64,000 nucleotides of DNA, taken from an uncultured Spirochaetota bacterium (GTDB lineage: Bacteria; Spirochaetota; Spirochaetia; SZUA-6; Fen-1364). Where the stretch lies: positions 1 through 64,000 of the forward strand of contig CAVTHO010000006.1 in the NCBI GenBank assembly GCA_963734545.1, given 5' to 3'. Positions 47,850 to 58,979 of the stretch are shown here, piece by piece (the first letter of the stretch is position 1; each line of letters opens with the position of its first letter). The notes beneath the pieces were generated by a model. The model saw only the letters and a list, made by a program, of their open reading frames with translations. It ran no database searches and was not told the origin of the DNA. Both the position numbers and the translations under genes were made by a program.

Positions 47850-48737
47850 ATGCAGTACACGCATGTCTCCTTCAGTGACGAATCAAACTGGACCAGCGGT
47901 CGCTATCGTTCGATTGGAATGCTGTCAGCTTCACGGAGTGATGCTCGCTCACTCCACCACGAGACCAGCAGACTGCTCTCTGAAAGCCGGGTAAAAGAAC
48001 TAAGATGGAACAAGATTCGGACCGCAAAGCACCGACTTGCAGCCACGAAGGTCATTGATTCATGCGCGAAGGCACTGTCCGACACCAGCCTAAGAATCGA
48101 CGTTCTGATCTGGGACAGTCAAGAGGACCGGCAAGGAGCACGCAATCCTGACTTGAAGGCAAATCTCCAGATCATGTACTCTCATCTCTTTGGAAACGTC
48201 ATGTCACACAGATGGCCTTTTGACCGCATTTGGCGTCATATTCCAGACGAACGTATTGGTATGAACTGGGATACACTCGAAAGCTGCCTGTCCCCAAAAG
48301 ATTTCCGGAGCACGGACGAGCCATCATCTTGCACCATTTTGCCTGCCACGGAGAGCTTCGGCGCCGCAATCAGGCGACTTTTCAAGGTGGCTGAGATCGT
48401 AGACTGTCCCGCGCAGGAAATGTGTTTGACACAGCTCGCGGACCTATTCGCTGGAATGGGGGCATTCTCTAGAGAAAGATTCAACGACTATCGCTCTTGG
48501 AAGCGAAATATGGGATATGCGTCAACCCTATTCGAGGCAGCGTCCAAACGTGATTCAACACCTGGCCTTCTGGAAAAGTATCAAGTGCTTTCCCACTTCG
48601 AAGGGAAGCTGGCTGAGCTTGGATTCCCGGTTGCCCTAGACCAAACGAGAGGCCTCCGAACGCTGGATCCAAGTATTCCAGTCAACTTCTGGTGGTATGA
48701 GACGCAATCGCGGATCGACAGGGCTTGCCCAATCTAG
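47850..48737 (+). CDS. DUF3800-like (RNase H-fold) protein
   Basis: FSDES at the N-terminus; C-terminal QLADLFAG. Confidence 0.65.
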   Translation: MQYTHVSFSDESNWTSGRYRSIGMLSASRSDARSLHHETSRLLSESRVKELRWNKIRTAKHRLAATKVIDSCAKALSDTSLRIDVLIWDSQEDRQGARNPDLKANLQIMYSHLFGNVMSHRWPFDRIWRHIPDERIGMNWDTLESCLSPKDFRSTDEPSSCTILPATESFGAAIRRLFKVAEIVDCPAQEMCLTQLADLFAGMGAFSRERFNDYRSWKRNMGYASTLFEAASKRDSTPGLLEKYQVLSHFEGKLAELGFPVALDQTRGLRTLDPSIPVNFWWYETQSRIDRACPI

Positions 48738-48760
48738 CTTTCTCCATGCAGGTCTGGTAG

Positions 48761-49828
48761 ATGAAAAAGGAAATGGAAATGACAAACTGGAGGGTCTGCC
48801 TTAAAGCAGACGCAACCGCCTGGCTACTGGAAAAGAGCAATCCATCAGTTCGGTACCTCACATTGACCAATCTCCTGGACAGGGAGAAAACGAACCCTGA
48901 AGCGAAGCGTGCAAAAGAAGAGATCATGCTGTCGGGTGTCGTACCGAAGATACTCAAAAGGCAAGAAGCGGGAAGCTGGAATAGTCCTGGTCGATTCTAT
49001 GTGGACAAGTACAAGGGGACAGTCTGGCAACTAATCATACTTGCAGAACATGAGGCAGATGGTAACAGCAGACAAGTAAGGGATGCCTGCGAATACATAT
49101 TGCGCTGCTCGCAGGATCCGGATAGCTACGGATTTGCCTATCATCAAAGAGGCGGTAATGACGGCGGTCGACATGGTGAAGTAGTTCCCTGCCTCACGGG
49201 AAACATGATCTGGAGTTTGATCAAATTGGGCTACCTAAATGACGAACGTGTAAGCAAAGGAATAGAGTGGATCGCCAAGTATCAGCGGTTCGATGATGGG
49301 GCCGACACTCATCCAGAAGGCTGGCCGTACGACAGGTATGAAATGTGCTGGGGAAACCACAGTTGTCATATGGGTGTAGTAAAGGCGCTTAAAGCTCTTT
49401 CTGTGGTCCCGAAAGAACAAAGAAGCAGGAACGTCAGTGCAGCCATCGAACGAGGTTGCGACTATCTCCTGGCGCATCGCATCTACAAGCAAAGCCATAA
49501 CTTGTCGAAGACAGCAAAGCCCGGCTGGCTCAGATTACAGTTCCCGCTGATGTATCAAACGGACATTCTGGAAAATGCCTTGGTCCTTCTCGACTTGGGA
49601 ATTAAGGACACGCGCATGCAGGAAGCAATTGACAAGATCAGTTCGAAGCAGAATAGCGATGGAAAGTGGAACCTGGAAGGAACATTCAACGGCAGATTCC
49701 AGGTGGACATCGAGGTGAAGGGCAAGCCGAGCAAATGGATAACATACAGAGCACTGCGCGTCCTTAAGAAGTACAACGAAATGAACGGCGGCGCAGTTCG
49801 ACTCCAGGCTGACATGACTCTGAGCTAG
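48761..49828 (+). CDS. Alpha/alpha-barrel (prenyltransferase/squalene-cyclase-repeat-like) protein
   Basis: PSVRYLTL, YQRFDDG, FPLMYQTDILE, KQNSDGKW, PSKWIT. Confidence 0.7.
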   Translation: MKKEMEMTNWRVCLKADATAWLLEKSNPSVRYLTLTNLLDREKTNPEAKRAKEEIMLSGVVPKILKRQEAGSWNSPGRFYVDKYKGTVWQLIILAEHEADGNSRQVRDACEYILRCSQDPDSYGFAYHQRGGNDGGRHGEVVPCLTGNMIWSLIKLGYLNDERVSKGIEWIAKYQRFDDGADTHPEGWPYDRYEMCWGNHSCHMGVVKALKALSVVPKEQRSRNVSAAIERGCDYLLAHRIYKQSHNLSKTAKPGWLRLQFPLMYQTDILENALVLLDLGIKDTRMQEAIDKISSKQNSDGKWNLEGTFNGRFQVDIEVKGKPSKWITYRALRVLKKYNEMNGGAVRLQADMTLS

Positions 49829-50758
49829 GTGGGTATTGAAACGATGCAAACAAATGACATCAGCCGATGGCAGCATTCGCACGACTTTGGCACCGACTCT
49901 CCTGCTGCCGAAAGGCGAACTTGGGTAGTTGTCACGATCACGACATCAATGATGCTCGTCGAGCTTGTTGGTGGATGGCTTTTTGGCTCAATGGCGGTTG
50001 TTGCAGACGGCTGGCACATGAGCACGCATGCGGCGGCCTTGGGTTTGGCAGGAATAGCCTTTGCATATTCTAGACGTGCGGCAAAAGACACGCGATTTGC
50101 ATTTGGACCTTGGAAGATCGAAGCTCTCGGCGGATACACGAGCGCCCTGCTACTTGTGGGAGTGGCTTTGTACATGGCATGGCAGTCGATTCAACGACTC
50201 TACCAGCCACTGCAAATACAATATGGGCAAGCGCTCATAATCGCCATAGTCGGCCTTGCAATCAATGTTGTATGTGCATTTATACTTCGAGGGCATGAAA
50301 GTCATGTCCACTCCGCAGGTCATGCCCATGGTCCAGTAGACTTGAACACCAAAGCAGCGTATCTGCATGTGATGGCAGATGCATTGACTTCAGTCCTCGC
50401 TATTATTGCCTTGCTGGCAGGCATGTACTTTCAGATCAGGATACTTGACCCACTAATGGGCTTCGTTGGCGGATGCCTCATTACGGCTTGGGCAATCGGA
50501 TTAATCAGAGATTCGAGTCAGGTTCTCTTGGATCGCGAAATGAACCATGAGATTGTTGCCAGAATCAAAACGCTGATCGAAGCAGATGGTGACTCAAGAA
50601 TTTGTGATATGCACTTATGGAGAATCGGCAAAATGAAGTTTGCCTGTGCTTTGGCAGTTGTTTGTTCGAATGGACTGCGTGCCGCAGACTACCGTGAGAG
50701 ACTTAGGGAGCTTCAGGAACTTGCGCATTTGACAATCGAAGTCAATCAGAATGGATGA
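49829..50758 (+). CDS. dmeF: CDF-family Co/Ni efflux transporter
   Basis: WQHSHDF, ADGWHMSTH, His-rich loop, AAYLHVMAD. Confidence 0.85.
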   Translation: MGIETMQTNDISRWQHSHDFGTDSPAAERRTWVVVTITTSMMLVELVGGWLFGSMAVVADGWHMSTHAAALGLAGIAFAYSRRAAKDTRFAFGPWKIEALGGYTSALLLVGVALYMAWQSIQRLYQPLQIQYGQALIIAIVGLAINVVCAFILRGHESHVHSAGHAHGPVDLNTKAAYLHVMADALTSVLAIIALLAGMYFQIRILDPLMGFVGGCLITAWAIGLIRDSSQVLLDREMNHEIVARIKTLIEADGDSRICDMHLWRIGKMKFACALAVVCSNGLRAADYRERLRELQELAHLTIEVNQNG

Positions 50759-51087
50759 GGATCATGTCAGAATGTACTATCCGTCGACTATTTTCTGGTC
50801 TATTCATATCGGCTTTTGAGAAGAGATATCTTCATACCTGGCCTTTTTAGGCTACTGTGGAGGTCCTGCTCTCAATGCATTTGCATAGAGAAGTAGAGCA
50901 TTTGGGAAATATGTCTTTTGCTAGCTTCCTTGAGGCAGGTGCACGTACTCTACGAGCTAATGAGGCTCGGGAGGCCACTGTGAAAGCATAGGCGTTGATC
51001 GGAAAACTGTCCCGGTGTTATTGTGTTCAAGGAAGCAACCTCTGGCACGTCGAGACACTAGATTGAGCACAACACGGAGGTGACACA

Positions 51088-51828
51088 ATGTCCGACAGAA
51101 ATGGCGGGACGTCCGCAAACGGAACCTGGCGCACTCTCTATGTCATCGGAGGGGTCGCCGCGATCCTTGTTCTTCTGGGAACACTCGGCGACATCGTCAT
51201 CATTTCGATTCCGGGCTGGCAGACGTCGACCGTGCCGACATCCGTCGCGCAATGGTTCGCACAGTTCTCGGAAAATCCGCTGCTCGGTCTTCGCAATCTC
51301 GATCTTCTAAACATCACTCTTTCGGTTGTCGGGATCCCCATGTACGTAGCCCTGTACGGTGCGCACCGTCGGGATAGCCAGGGGCTCGCCACGCTCGCCT
51401 TGGTTATGGCTGTAATGGGAACAACTGTCTTCGTGGCGCGAAACGCGGCTCTTTCGATGTTCGAGCTCAGCCGGCAATTATCGCTCGCGACTACCGATTC
51501 GCAACGACTAGTGTTGCAGGGCGCCGCTCAAGCCCTTCTCGCCACCGGGGCTCATGGCAGTGCGGGAGCCTTCGCAGGCTTCTTTCTCTCGAGCGTTGCT
51601 ACCTTGCTGATGGCTTTCGCGATGCTGGAGGGAAAGGTCTTTGGACGCCTCACCGCGTGGATTGGCATCACGGGAGCGCTTCTCTTGCTGGTCTACGTTG
51701 TCGGGAGCACGTTCGCTCCTACGTCGGCCGGCTTTCTCATGGCGTTCGCGGTGCCGGGAGGACTCATGATGATCGCGTGGGATGTCCTTGTTGCGCAGAA
51801 ACTGCTCCGGCTTGCCACGACGGGATAA
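51088..51828 (+). CDS. Multi-pass membrane protein (DUF4386-like)
   Basis: GGAGG RBS; NPLLGLRNLDLLN; about six TM segments. Confidence 0.65.
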   Translation: MSDRNGGTSANGTWRTLYVIGGVAAILVLLGTLGDIVIISIPGWQTSTVPTSVAQWFAQFSENPLLGLRNLDLLNITLSVVGIPMYVALYGAHRRDSQGLATLALVMAVMGTTVFVARNAALSMFELSRQLSLATTDSQRLVLQGAAQALLATGAHGSAGAFAGFFLSSVATLLMAFAMLEGKVFGRLTAWIGITGALLLLVYVVGSTFAPTSAGFLMAFAVPGGLMMIAWDVLVAQKLLRLATTG

Positions 51829-51912
51829 CGCATCGGTGGGGAGGTGCTTCTCGGTGGAATCACGCAAGATAGCGGCCATTCGTGGTTGTTGGCGACGGAG
51901 GCGCATGAAAAC

Positions 51913-52479
51913 ATGCGAAACAGACTGACAAAGGCATATTCTACTGTCGGATGTTGTGGAATAGATTGTGGACTCTGTCCAAGATATCACACCGAAGGAA
52001 AGTCAAGGTGCCCTGGTTGCGCTGGCAAGGACTTCTTTGAAAAGCACCCCTCGTGTTCTATTGTCACTTGCTGCTTCATAACCAGGAAATTGGAGACATG
52101 TGGCAACTGTGAAAGATTCATCTGTGAGAGAATCAAGAATTGGGACAGTGCTGATTCTTTTGTCACGCACCGCACCTGCATCTCCAATCTTGAAAACATA
52201 AAGGAAAATGGATTGGCCGTAGTCATCAGGCAGAAGGAGCAGCGACTGAAATTGCTGTACGATTTACTTAGAGACTATGATGACGGTCGGTCGAAAAGCT
52301 TCTACTGCCTGTCGGCAGCATTGCTTCCGATTGACGAACTTAAAAAGGCAATTGCAGAGATCGGAGACCCCGAAGAAAAATCAAACGACAGAACGCAGGT
52401 AGCGAAGCGGCTCAAGGAGGCGTTCCTGGCAATCGCCAATAGAATTGATGTCGAACTGTCATATCGGAGGAAGACATAA
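51913..52479 (+). CDS. Cys-rich DUF3795-like protein
   Basis: GCCGIDCGLCP...CPGC...CC...CGNC. Confidence 0.75.
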   Translation: MRNRLTKAYSTVGCCGIDCGLCPRYHTEGKSRCPGCAGKDFFEKHPSCSIVTCCFITRKLETCGNCERFICERIKNWDSADSFVTHRTCISNLENIKENGLAVVIRQKEQRLKLLYDLLRDYDDGRSKSFYCLSAALLPIDELKKAIAEIGDPEEKSNDRTQVAKRLKEAFLAIANRIDVELSYRRKT

Positions 52480-52502
52480 CAGATTGTTGCAGTCGTTCCC
52501 CC
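52474..52502 (+). repeat. Degenerate attC-like left half-site
   Basis: ACATAAC-AGATT-GTTGCAGTCGTTCCCC overlapping the stop codon. Confidence 0.55.
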
Positions 52503-52565
52503 AGCAATTGCTGCCAGAGCTTTCCTCGCTTGACGAGAATACTGTCACTTCCTATCTTGTAGCAA

Positions 52566-53102
52566 GTGACCCCGCTGCAGCCATGGTTTGAACGACAATT
52601 CACGTTCGATCTCCCCTCGTCGCGCTTTCCGAATATCATAGAGAGACTCCGTGGGAGCCCGGCTCGCGTTGAAGAACGCGTTCGGTCTCTTTCGCCCGCT
52701 ACTCTCGTCGCCCGCTTCCGCGACGGGTGGTCGATTCAGGAAAACGTCGGCCACCTCTGTGACTTGGAGCCCCTCTGGATTCGTCGTGCCGAGCAGCTGC
52801 TGGAGGGGCATGGCGAACTCGCCGTCGCCGACTTGACAAATAGGGGCACGGACGAAGCGAACCATAACGCTACTCCGCTCGATGATCTGCTGAAGCGCTT
52901 TCGCGACCTACGGCTTCAGTTGATCATAATTCTGGATAGTGCGAACGGGTTGGCGCTCGAACGTACTGCGCGCCATCCGCGGCTAGGGACGCATATGCGT
53001 CTGATCGACATAGCGTTCTTCACCGCGGAGCATGACGATCATCATCTCGCAAGGATCACGGAGCTGCTGCAGTTGGGGGCGTCAAACCGTTCGCCCTCCT
53101 AG
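52566..53102 (+). CDS. DinB-family protein
   Basis: WSIQENVGHL...HPRLG...AEHDDHHL. Confidence 0.88.
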   Translation: MTPLQPWFERQFTFDLPSSRFPNIIERLRGSPARVEERVRSLSPATLVARFRDGWSIQENVGHLCDLEPLWIRRAEQLLEGHGELAVADLTNRGTDEANHNATPLDDLLKRFRDLRLQLIIILDSANGLALERTARHPRLGTHMRLIDIAFFTAEHDDHHLARITELLQLGASNRSPS

Positions 53103-53401
53103 ATGAGGGCGGGAAGGCATGAAGAATCTCGACGGGCACTGGCAATCAGTTCTACGAACCAGTCGTGCGGGAAAATGACGGGAGTATTGGAAAGATTTGA
53201 CAAATGCAGGCGAACCATCGATTCGCTGAGGTCGGCATAGCACTTGATCGCGGCGTAGAGTATCTACTCATACATAGACTTTTTAGGTCGAGTGAAACGA
53301 ATGAAATAGCAGACGCGAAAAGGTCAATCGAATTGCTCAGGCTATTGAATCGTGCTGGCAGATAGCCCCGTCCAGGGTGAACTGACGTCAGGAGGAATTG
53401 T

Positions 53402-53812
53402 ATGAAACCGAGAGGGCAGTTGATGATTGAACACCGACTCATCGAGAAGTGCCTGGCATCTGCCGCGGAATCGACGAAGGACATGAAGGAAGGTCGATAT
53501 GACCCTGACCTGATTGATACAATCGTCGATTTCATCAAGACCTATGCAGACCGAACGCATCATGGAAAGGAAGAGGACATACTTTTCCGAACGCTGTCGC
53601 AGAGACAAATCAGCGGAGATGATCTTGTTGTCATGAATGAACTGATTGACGAGCATAAACGAGCACGGCAAAAAGTTGGCAGAATAGTGGAGTCGAATAG
53701 GCAATTCACTGAGTCGACGCGGGCAAAGACAGCGAATACGAACGACATACAATCCGAGTTCCCACTTTGTTACGGCATCTGCGGCATTGCGCGCAGCAAA
53801 ACTGTTCTTTAG
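53402..53812 (+). CDS. Hemerythrin-domain protein (C-terminus probably truncated)
   Basis: EHRLI...HHGKEEDILF...EHKRAR. Confidence 0.78.
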   Translation: MKPRGQLMIEHRLIEKCLASAAESTKDMKEGRYDPDLIDTIVDFIKTYADRTHHGKEEDILFRTLSQRQISGDDLVVMNELIDEHKRARQKVGRIVESNRQFTESTRAKTANTNDIQSEFPLCYGICGIARSKTVL

Positions 53813-54378
53813 TTGCCGGGGGTGTAGGCCGCGGTTACATCAGAAATGAGCATTCCCGATAGTTGTGATTCATTCGGGCTATAGGCTGGAGCAGCCCGGG
53901 ACAACTGGGCCTGGTTCCCAACCGCTATAATGCCGGACCATACTACCCTCTTTTCCCAATAAATGTTTCCTTCTATTAGGTATCGATACCTGCCAGAAGC
54001 TACCAACTGTCCCTTCGAATCCCGCAAATCCCAGTCCACCTTATGAGGTCCGCTTCCAGGGGTCGCGCCGCTAATGGCGTCGAGTTCTTTCTGGGGAAGA
54101 TTGCCCACACCCGCAGCCCTGATCCAAGTGGGAACAGTCTGGGGGCGTTTTTTCCAACCTGCTTTCTTCGCCACAAAGTTCGTGGCGAAAAGAGTCCGTA
54201 CAAAGGAGCCTTTTTCATCCTCAATCCAAATGGCATATTGATTGCTCGCTATTCTTGTCAAACGGGATAGCGTATAGGAAACAGTAACAGAGCCAGTTGG
54301 GACCGGGGACTGAGCATGACAACTCAGCGTGACGAAGAAGATCAGCGCGGCGCCAAGAGCATACCTTCGCAATGACAT
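53809..54378 (-). CDS. Secreted DUF2271-like protein
   Basis: Signal peptide; QYAIWIED...DAISGAT...WDLRD. Confidence 0.72.
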   Translation of the reverse strand: MSLRRYALGAALIFFVTLSCHAQSPVPTGSVTVSYTLSRLTRIASNQYAIWIEDEKGSFVRTLFATNFVAKKAGWKKRPQTVPTWIRAAGVGNLPQKELDAISGATPGSGPHKVDWDLRDSKGQLVASGRYRYLIEGNIYWEKRVVWSGIIAVGNQAQLSRAAPAYSPNESQLSGMLISDVTAAYTPGN

Positions 54379-54562
54379 GAGCGATGCCTCCTAGACTGCC
54401 AAGGATCAATCGGGATCGTCAATCGCGCACAAAAACAATGCAGCGATGATACGGCTTTTGCTGGATTTTGAAAACAGGTCAATTTGTCATACTGGTCGGA
54501 AAAAAGCCGCGTTGACGGAGGCATCGCGTTTCGACACTATGGGGTACAGAGGCAATCGGGCA

Positions 54563-55324
54563 ATGAGCTCCCACGTATCAATTTGGAAGGACCAACGTAC
54601 AATCGAATCCCATGAAATTGACGTGAACGGAAAGCTCAGAGCGCACATACTTTTCGCCTTTCTTCTCAATAGTGCCTGGAATCACGCAAAGCAGCACTTG
54701 TTCGACTATCAGACGTTGTCGGCGCGCAACTTGATGTGGGTAATGTCGAAGTTGCAGCTCGCCGTTGTGAGGCTCCCCAAATGGGGCGATCGAATAGTCA
54801 TCGAAACGTGGGGAAAAAGAATAGAGAGATTTTATGCACTAAGAGATTTTGTCGTGTCGACCGACGACGGAGAACGACTGGCATCTGCGACGTCCGCGTG
54901 GATGATCCTGAACAAGAGCTCGTATCGACCTCAAAGAATAGAGGAATTGATGAAGGACTTTCCATGGAGGAATGACCGAAGCGAGATTGAAACCAGCTTG
55001 AAGAAAGTACAGGAATTAGCCAATGAAAAAGGTTGCGGTGAGTTTCGCGTCACATTCAGCGATATCGATGTCAATAGCCACGTTACGGCGGCGAGATACC
55101 TGCATTGGATACTGGATAGTTTTCCCCCGGCAGTCCTGACTGAAAAGGAAGTGCAGTCAGCGGAAATCAGCTTTATTGCAGAAGCGGTGCTGGACGATCG
55201 GGTTTCGGTATCCATGGAAACCAGTTCCAATCAGGATTTGTGCAGCGTCAGGAGAATCAACGACAATCAAGAACTTTGCAGAGCGAGACTCCAGTGGAAG
55301 CCGTCAGGCGACGGATCGCTGTAG
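54563..55324 (+). CDS. Acyl-ACP thioesterase
   Basis: Double hotdog fold; DIDVNSHV motif. Confidence 0.85.
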   Translation: MSSHVSIWKDQRTIESHEIDVNGKLRAHILFAFLLNSAWNHAKQHLFDYQTLSARNLMWVMSKLQLAVVRLPKWGDRIVIETWGKRIERFYALRDFVVSTDDGERLASATSAWMILNKSSYRPQRIEELMKDFPWRNDRSEIETSLKKVQELANEKGCGEFRVTFSDIDVNSHVTAARYLHWILDSFPPAVLTEKEVQSAEISFIAEAVLDDRVSVSMETSSNQDLCSVRRINDNQELCRARLQWKPSGDGSL

Positions 55325-55376
55325 TTGCCTCTGAAGGAACGGAGGCAGCGACATAACGGTTGCTGCGCGCTGCCGG

Positions 55377-55666
55377 CTATCCTGGGACTATCATATTACC
55401 GCGATCGTCGAACTCGAACTGCAGATTGCAGGCGACTTCCCATAAATGCCCTTCTGGATCGGCAAAGTATCCGCTGCAGCGGCCCCAAGCCGCTCGCTGT
55501 GGCGCCTTGACTACTTTGCCCCCTGCCTCCCTGGCCTTGGAGAATGCTGCGTCCACCAGGCTTTCGTTTGGCACATTTTGTGAGAGCCAAGGCAGGTTCT
55601 GTAACAGGCAAGCTCGACCGCAAAGTCCTTCGCGGTTATTGTGATAAAGCCCAGTCTTTGATCCAT
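55377..55666 (-). pseudogene. VOC/glyoxalase family gene with internal deletion
   Basis: MDQRLGFITI...; SGYFADPEGHLWEVA in another frame. Confidence 0.75.
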
Positions 55667-55772
55667 GTCCCTGCTACCCTTGGCTCGCATACACAGAAGC
55701 ATCCCGCGGGGAAGAGCGATTTAGGCAATAACATTTCCCGGCAATCGTCTACAAATGTGCAGGAGGCAAAAC

Positions 55773-56342
55773 ATGGCGCATGGCGTCTGTCCTTGGTGGA
55801 TAGGATACTGGCTTGCGAGTCCCATAAGGAAGTTACGTCACAACCCCGTCTCGATTCTCGCGCCTTTCGTGCATGAAGGAATGACTGTTCTCGAACCAGG
55901 GCCAGGGATGGGCTTCTTTACCCTTGAAATGGCCCGCATGGTAGGCAAAAACGGACGGATAATCGCTATAGACATTCAGCCCAAGATGCTTCGCGGCCTG
56001 AGCCGCAGAGCACAAAGGAAAGGCGTGCGCGGTCTCATTGAGCTCAGGCTGGCGGATTCCTTCAGTTTGAGGACCAGCGATTTGAATGAATGTGTGGATT
56101 TTGTCCTGGCCTTTGCCGTGGTTCACGAGCTGCCAGACTCAGGACTCTTCTTTAGGGAATCGTATGGAGTGCTCCGGCCAGGAGGAAAACTATTGTTCTC
56201 AGAACCTGCTCACCATATCGAAAGATCAGAATTTGCAAAATCGCTCGACTCTGCAAGGCTGGCTGGATTTGAAGTTGAAAGTATGCCGACCATCAAATCG
56301 AATTTATCCGCTCTCTTGACCAAAAAGCTGGCAGAGCACTGA
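55773..56342 (+). CDS. Class I SAM-dependent methyltransferase
   Basis: VLEPGPGMGFF; AGGAGG RBS. Confidence 0.88.
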   Translation: MAHGVCPWWIGYWLASPIRKLRHNPVSILAPFVHEGMTVLEPGPGMGFFTLEMARMVGKNGRIIAIDIQPKMLRGLSRRAQRKGVRGLIELRLADSFSLRTSDLNECVDFVLAFAVVHELPDSGLFFRESYGVLRPGGKLLFSEPAHHIERSEFAKSLDSARLAGFEVESMPTIKSNLSALLTKKLAEH

Positions 56343-56426
56343 CAACGAATGTGGCAGAAAAACCGAGCTCCCCATTGGCATGTTCAGCAACATCGTACTT
56401 GACGGCTCTCTGCCGGCAGGCAACAC

Positions 56427-56837
56427 TTGGACGCAATTATGAAGATCCTCGCGCTATGGAGGCAGTGGGCTCGCGCCCTTACGCTGGAGACATACACCCT
56501 CTATTATGCATTTAGAAATCCAAGAACACCGTGGTACGCCAGGCTCTGGGGCGCAATTGTCGTTGCTTACGCATTCAGTCCTGTTGATCTTATTCCTGAT
56601 TTCATTCCGGTCCTCGGCTTCATAGATGACCTTGTTTTGATTCCCCTTGGCGTAGTGATAGCAAGAAAGCTGATTCCGAGAGACATACTAATGGAAAGCA
56701 GGCAGCTCGCCCAAGACCGGGTTGACAGCAAGAAACCAGTCAATTGGCTGGCCGGAGGCGTCGTTATCGCAATCTGGGTTGCGCTGGTTTCATTTGTCCT
56801 TCTTCGAGTGATGCGCGTGTTCGGAAAGTGCCTATAG
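56427..56837 (+). CDS. YkvA/DUF1232 membrane protein
   Basis: YAFSPVDLIPDFIPVLGFIDD. Confidence 0.9.
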   Translation: MDAIMKILALWRQWARALTLETYTLYYAFRNPRTPWYARLWGAIVVAYAFSPVDLIPDFIPVLGFIDDLVLIPLGVVIARKLIPRDILMESRQLAQDRVDSKKPVNWLAGGVVIAIWVALVSFVLLRVMRVFGKCL

Positions 56838-56849
56838 AAAGGAGGAGTG

Positions 56850-57552
56850 ATGCTGCCTGACTATGACAGATTGTTCGCGGATCATGCCGAAGAATATGAT
56901 CGCTTCATCGCCGCAGAAGACTCTCAAGGCCATCTGCTGAAAGCTTTGAAACAATTCGGCCACCTCAACAGGGAACAGGCAGTTGCAGATCTAGGGTACC
57001 GGCACGGGTAGAATCGCGTTCCTTGTGGCTCCGATTGTGCGACATGTGTACGGAATAGAGCCTGTGGGAGGGATGCGACTTGTCGCAGAGTCGAAAAAGC
57101 TCAAGCTTGGTGTCAAGAATGTTGACTTCTTGCCGGGAGAACACAAGGACATACCGCTTCCCGACAACAGCATCGATCTGATAATAGAGGGGTGGGCGTT
57201 TCTGAAGGCTTTCCATAGCACATATCCAGAATGGCGTTCTGAATTTGAGGCTATTGTGCCAGAGATGAAAAGGATACTAAGGCCCAGGGGAGCTGTTATC
57301 TTGATTGAGACAATGGGTTCCCTGCATATCTGGAGTGAAATACCTGATCGAACAGTTGTGCTATATGACTATTTTGAAAAGGAACTGGGCCTTCGAAAGA
57401 CCATAATCAGGACAGACTATAGATTTTCCAGTGTGGAAGAAGCGGTCGATCTTTCGACGTTCTTCTTTGGTGACGAAATTGGAGCTGAAATACAACAGAT
57501 TGGAGAACCCATTGTTCCGGAAGCTACCGCAATCTGGCATGGGAGAATATAG
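56850..57552 (+). pseudogene. SAM methyltransferase, frameshifted near 56970
   Basis: AGGAGG RBS and MLPDYD... start; VADLGTGTGR is in the frame of ORF 57025-57552. Confidence 0.72.
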
Positions 57553-58439
57553 TGGAAAGGAGGAAGAAGATGCCCCAATCGCCCTGGCAGGGACTTCACT
57601 ACAGGCAGGTAGATGTATTTGCCGACAAGGTGCTGAGTGGTAATGGCGTCGCCGTATTCTGGAACTGCGACGATCTGGCGATAGAGACCATGCAGGAGCT
57701 CACCCGGGAGCTTCGTCAATTCGAGGCCATCTTCCTTCGCGCCACGAGCGTGGCGGGAGAGTTTCGGGCGAAAGTGTTCACGATGGAGGAGCAGCTGGAC
57801 TTCGCAGGTCATCCAGTATTGGGCGCTGCGGCAGTGCTGCATGAGAGGTATGGACAAAATGAGGTTGAGACTTGGCGAGTCGTTCTGAACACCCGCACAA
57901 TTGAGGTCACCACGCGGCGGAATGGGAAAGCTTTTTTTGCTGCCATGCTTCAGCCTGCGGCCCAGTTCTATCCGGCAATCCGGCTGCCCTCTGAGATTGA
58001 GACAGTCATGCACTCCGTCAACCTGAGTGTGGATGACAAGCATCCGACTTTGCCTTTGGAAGTGGGGTCTACAGGCCTCGCATACCTTATTGTGCCCATA
58101 ATAAGGAACCTACAGAAGGCGGGGATAGTGATAGACAATATGGAAGAGATGCTCGCCAAGATTGGCGCAAGATTCGTGTACATATACGATGTAGGAAAAT
58201 CCGAAGGTCGAAATTGGGACAACAAAGGATGGGTGGAGGATATCGCAACGGGAAGTGCTGCAGGACCGATCGCAGCGTATCTTTGCAGGCATGGCCTTCT
58301 TGAAATTGGACAAGCCCTGAGCATCAAACAAGGCGGATATGCGGGTCGACCGAGTGAAATGGTGGCGAAGGTGGTAGAATCAGGCCAAATCGAGGTGTCA
58401 GGCGCTGTTCAAATGGTTGCATCAGGAAATTTTGACTGA
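57552..58439 (+). CDS. PhzF-family epimerase/isomerase
   Basis: VDVFA...GNGVAV, FAGHPVLG, EDIATGSAAG. Confidence 0.88.
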   Translation: MERRKKMPQSPWQGLHYRQVDVFADKVLSGNGVAVFWNCDDLAIETMQELTRELRQFEAIFLRATSVAGEFRAKVFTMEEQLDFAGHPVLGAAAVLHERYGQNEVETWRVVLNTRTIEVTTRRNGKAFFAAMLQPAAQFYPAIRLPSEIETVMHSVNLSVDDKHPTLPLEVGSTGLAYLIVPIIRNLQKAGIVIDNMEEMLAKIGARFVYIYDVGKSEGRNWDNKGWVEDIATGSAAGPIAAYLCRHGLLEIGQALSIKQGGYAGRPSEMVAKVVESGQIEVSGAVQMVASGNFD

Positions 58440-58517
58440 CGGTGATGCGCCATAGACAACTGCAGTTGGCTGAAGGTAGTCCTTGGTCCGTGAGAATCGC
58501 ATCCATGGGGGTGAGCG

Positions 58518-58865
58518 ATGATAAGGGAAACAGCACGGAAGTCCGAAACAGCAGCTGTTGAAAGCCCGGTGGGGATCTTTCGCACCACGATTGCGTACAA
58601 TGAGCAACTCATGCTTTGTCACTTCTTTCTCAAAAAGGGTGTCCGCATACCTTTTCATGAGCACCCTGCCGCGCAGAATGGTTATCTGATAAGCGGGAAG
58701 CTGCGAATGCTCTGGGAGACGGGTCGGGAGTTCATCGCAGAACCCGGGAGCGGCTGGTGCTTCGACTCAAATGTTCGGCATGGTGCGGAGGCACTTGAGG
58801 ATTCCGAAGCGATTGAGTGTTTTGCCCCAACACGACCGGAATATGTGCCCGAACGACCAGTGTGA
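58518..58865 (+). CDS. Cupin-domain protein
   Basis: HEHPAAQNGY...VRHGA. Confidence 0.85.
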   Translation: MIRETARKSETAAVESPVGIFRTTIAYNEQLMLCHFFLKKGVRIPFHEHPAAQNGYLISGKLRMLWETGREFIAEPGSGWCFDSNVRHGAEALEDSEAIECFAPTRPEYVPERPV

Positions 58866-58979
58866 ACCGGGATCCAAACCTGATGAATGGGAGCGAAAGG
58901 TCTCTCGCCGCACCAGCGGCAAATTGAGAATTTCCTGCGTCTCACGTATCCTTGCATCCAGGTGAGGGGAGGGCTGATC

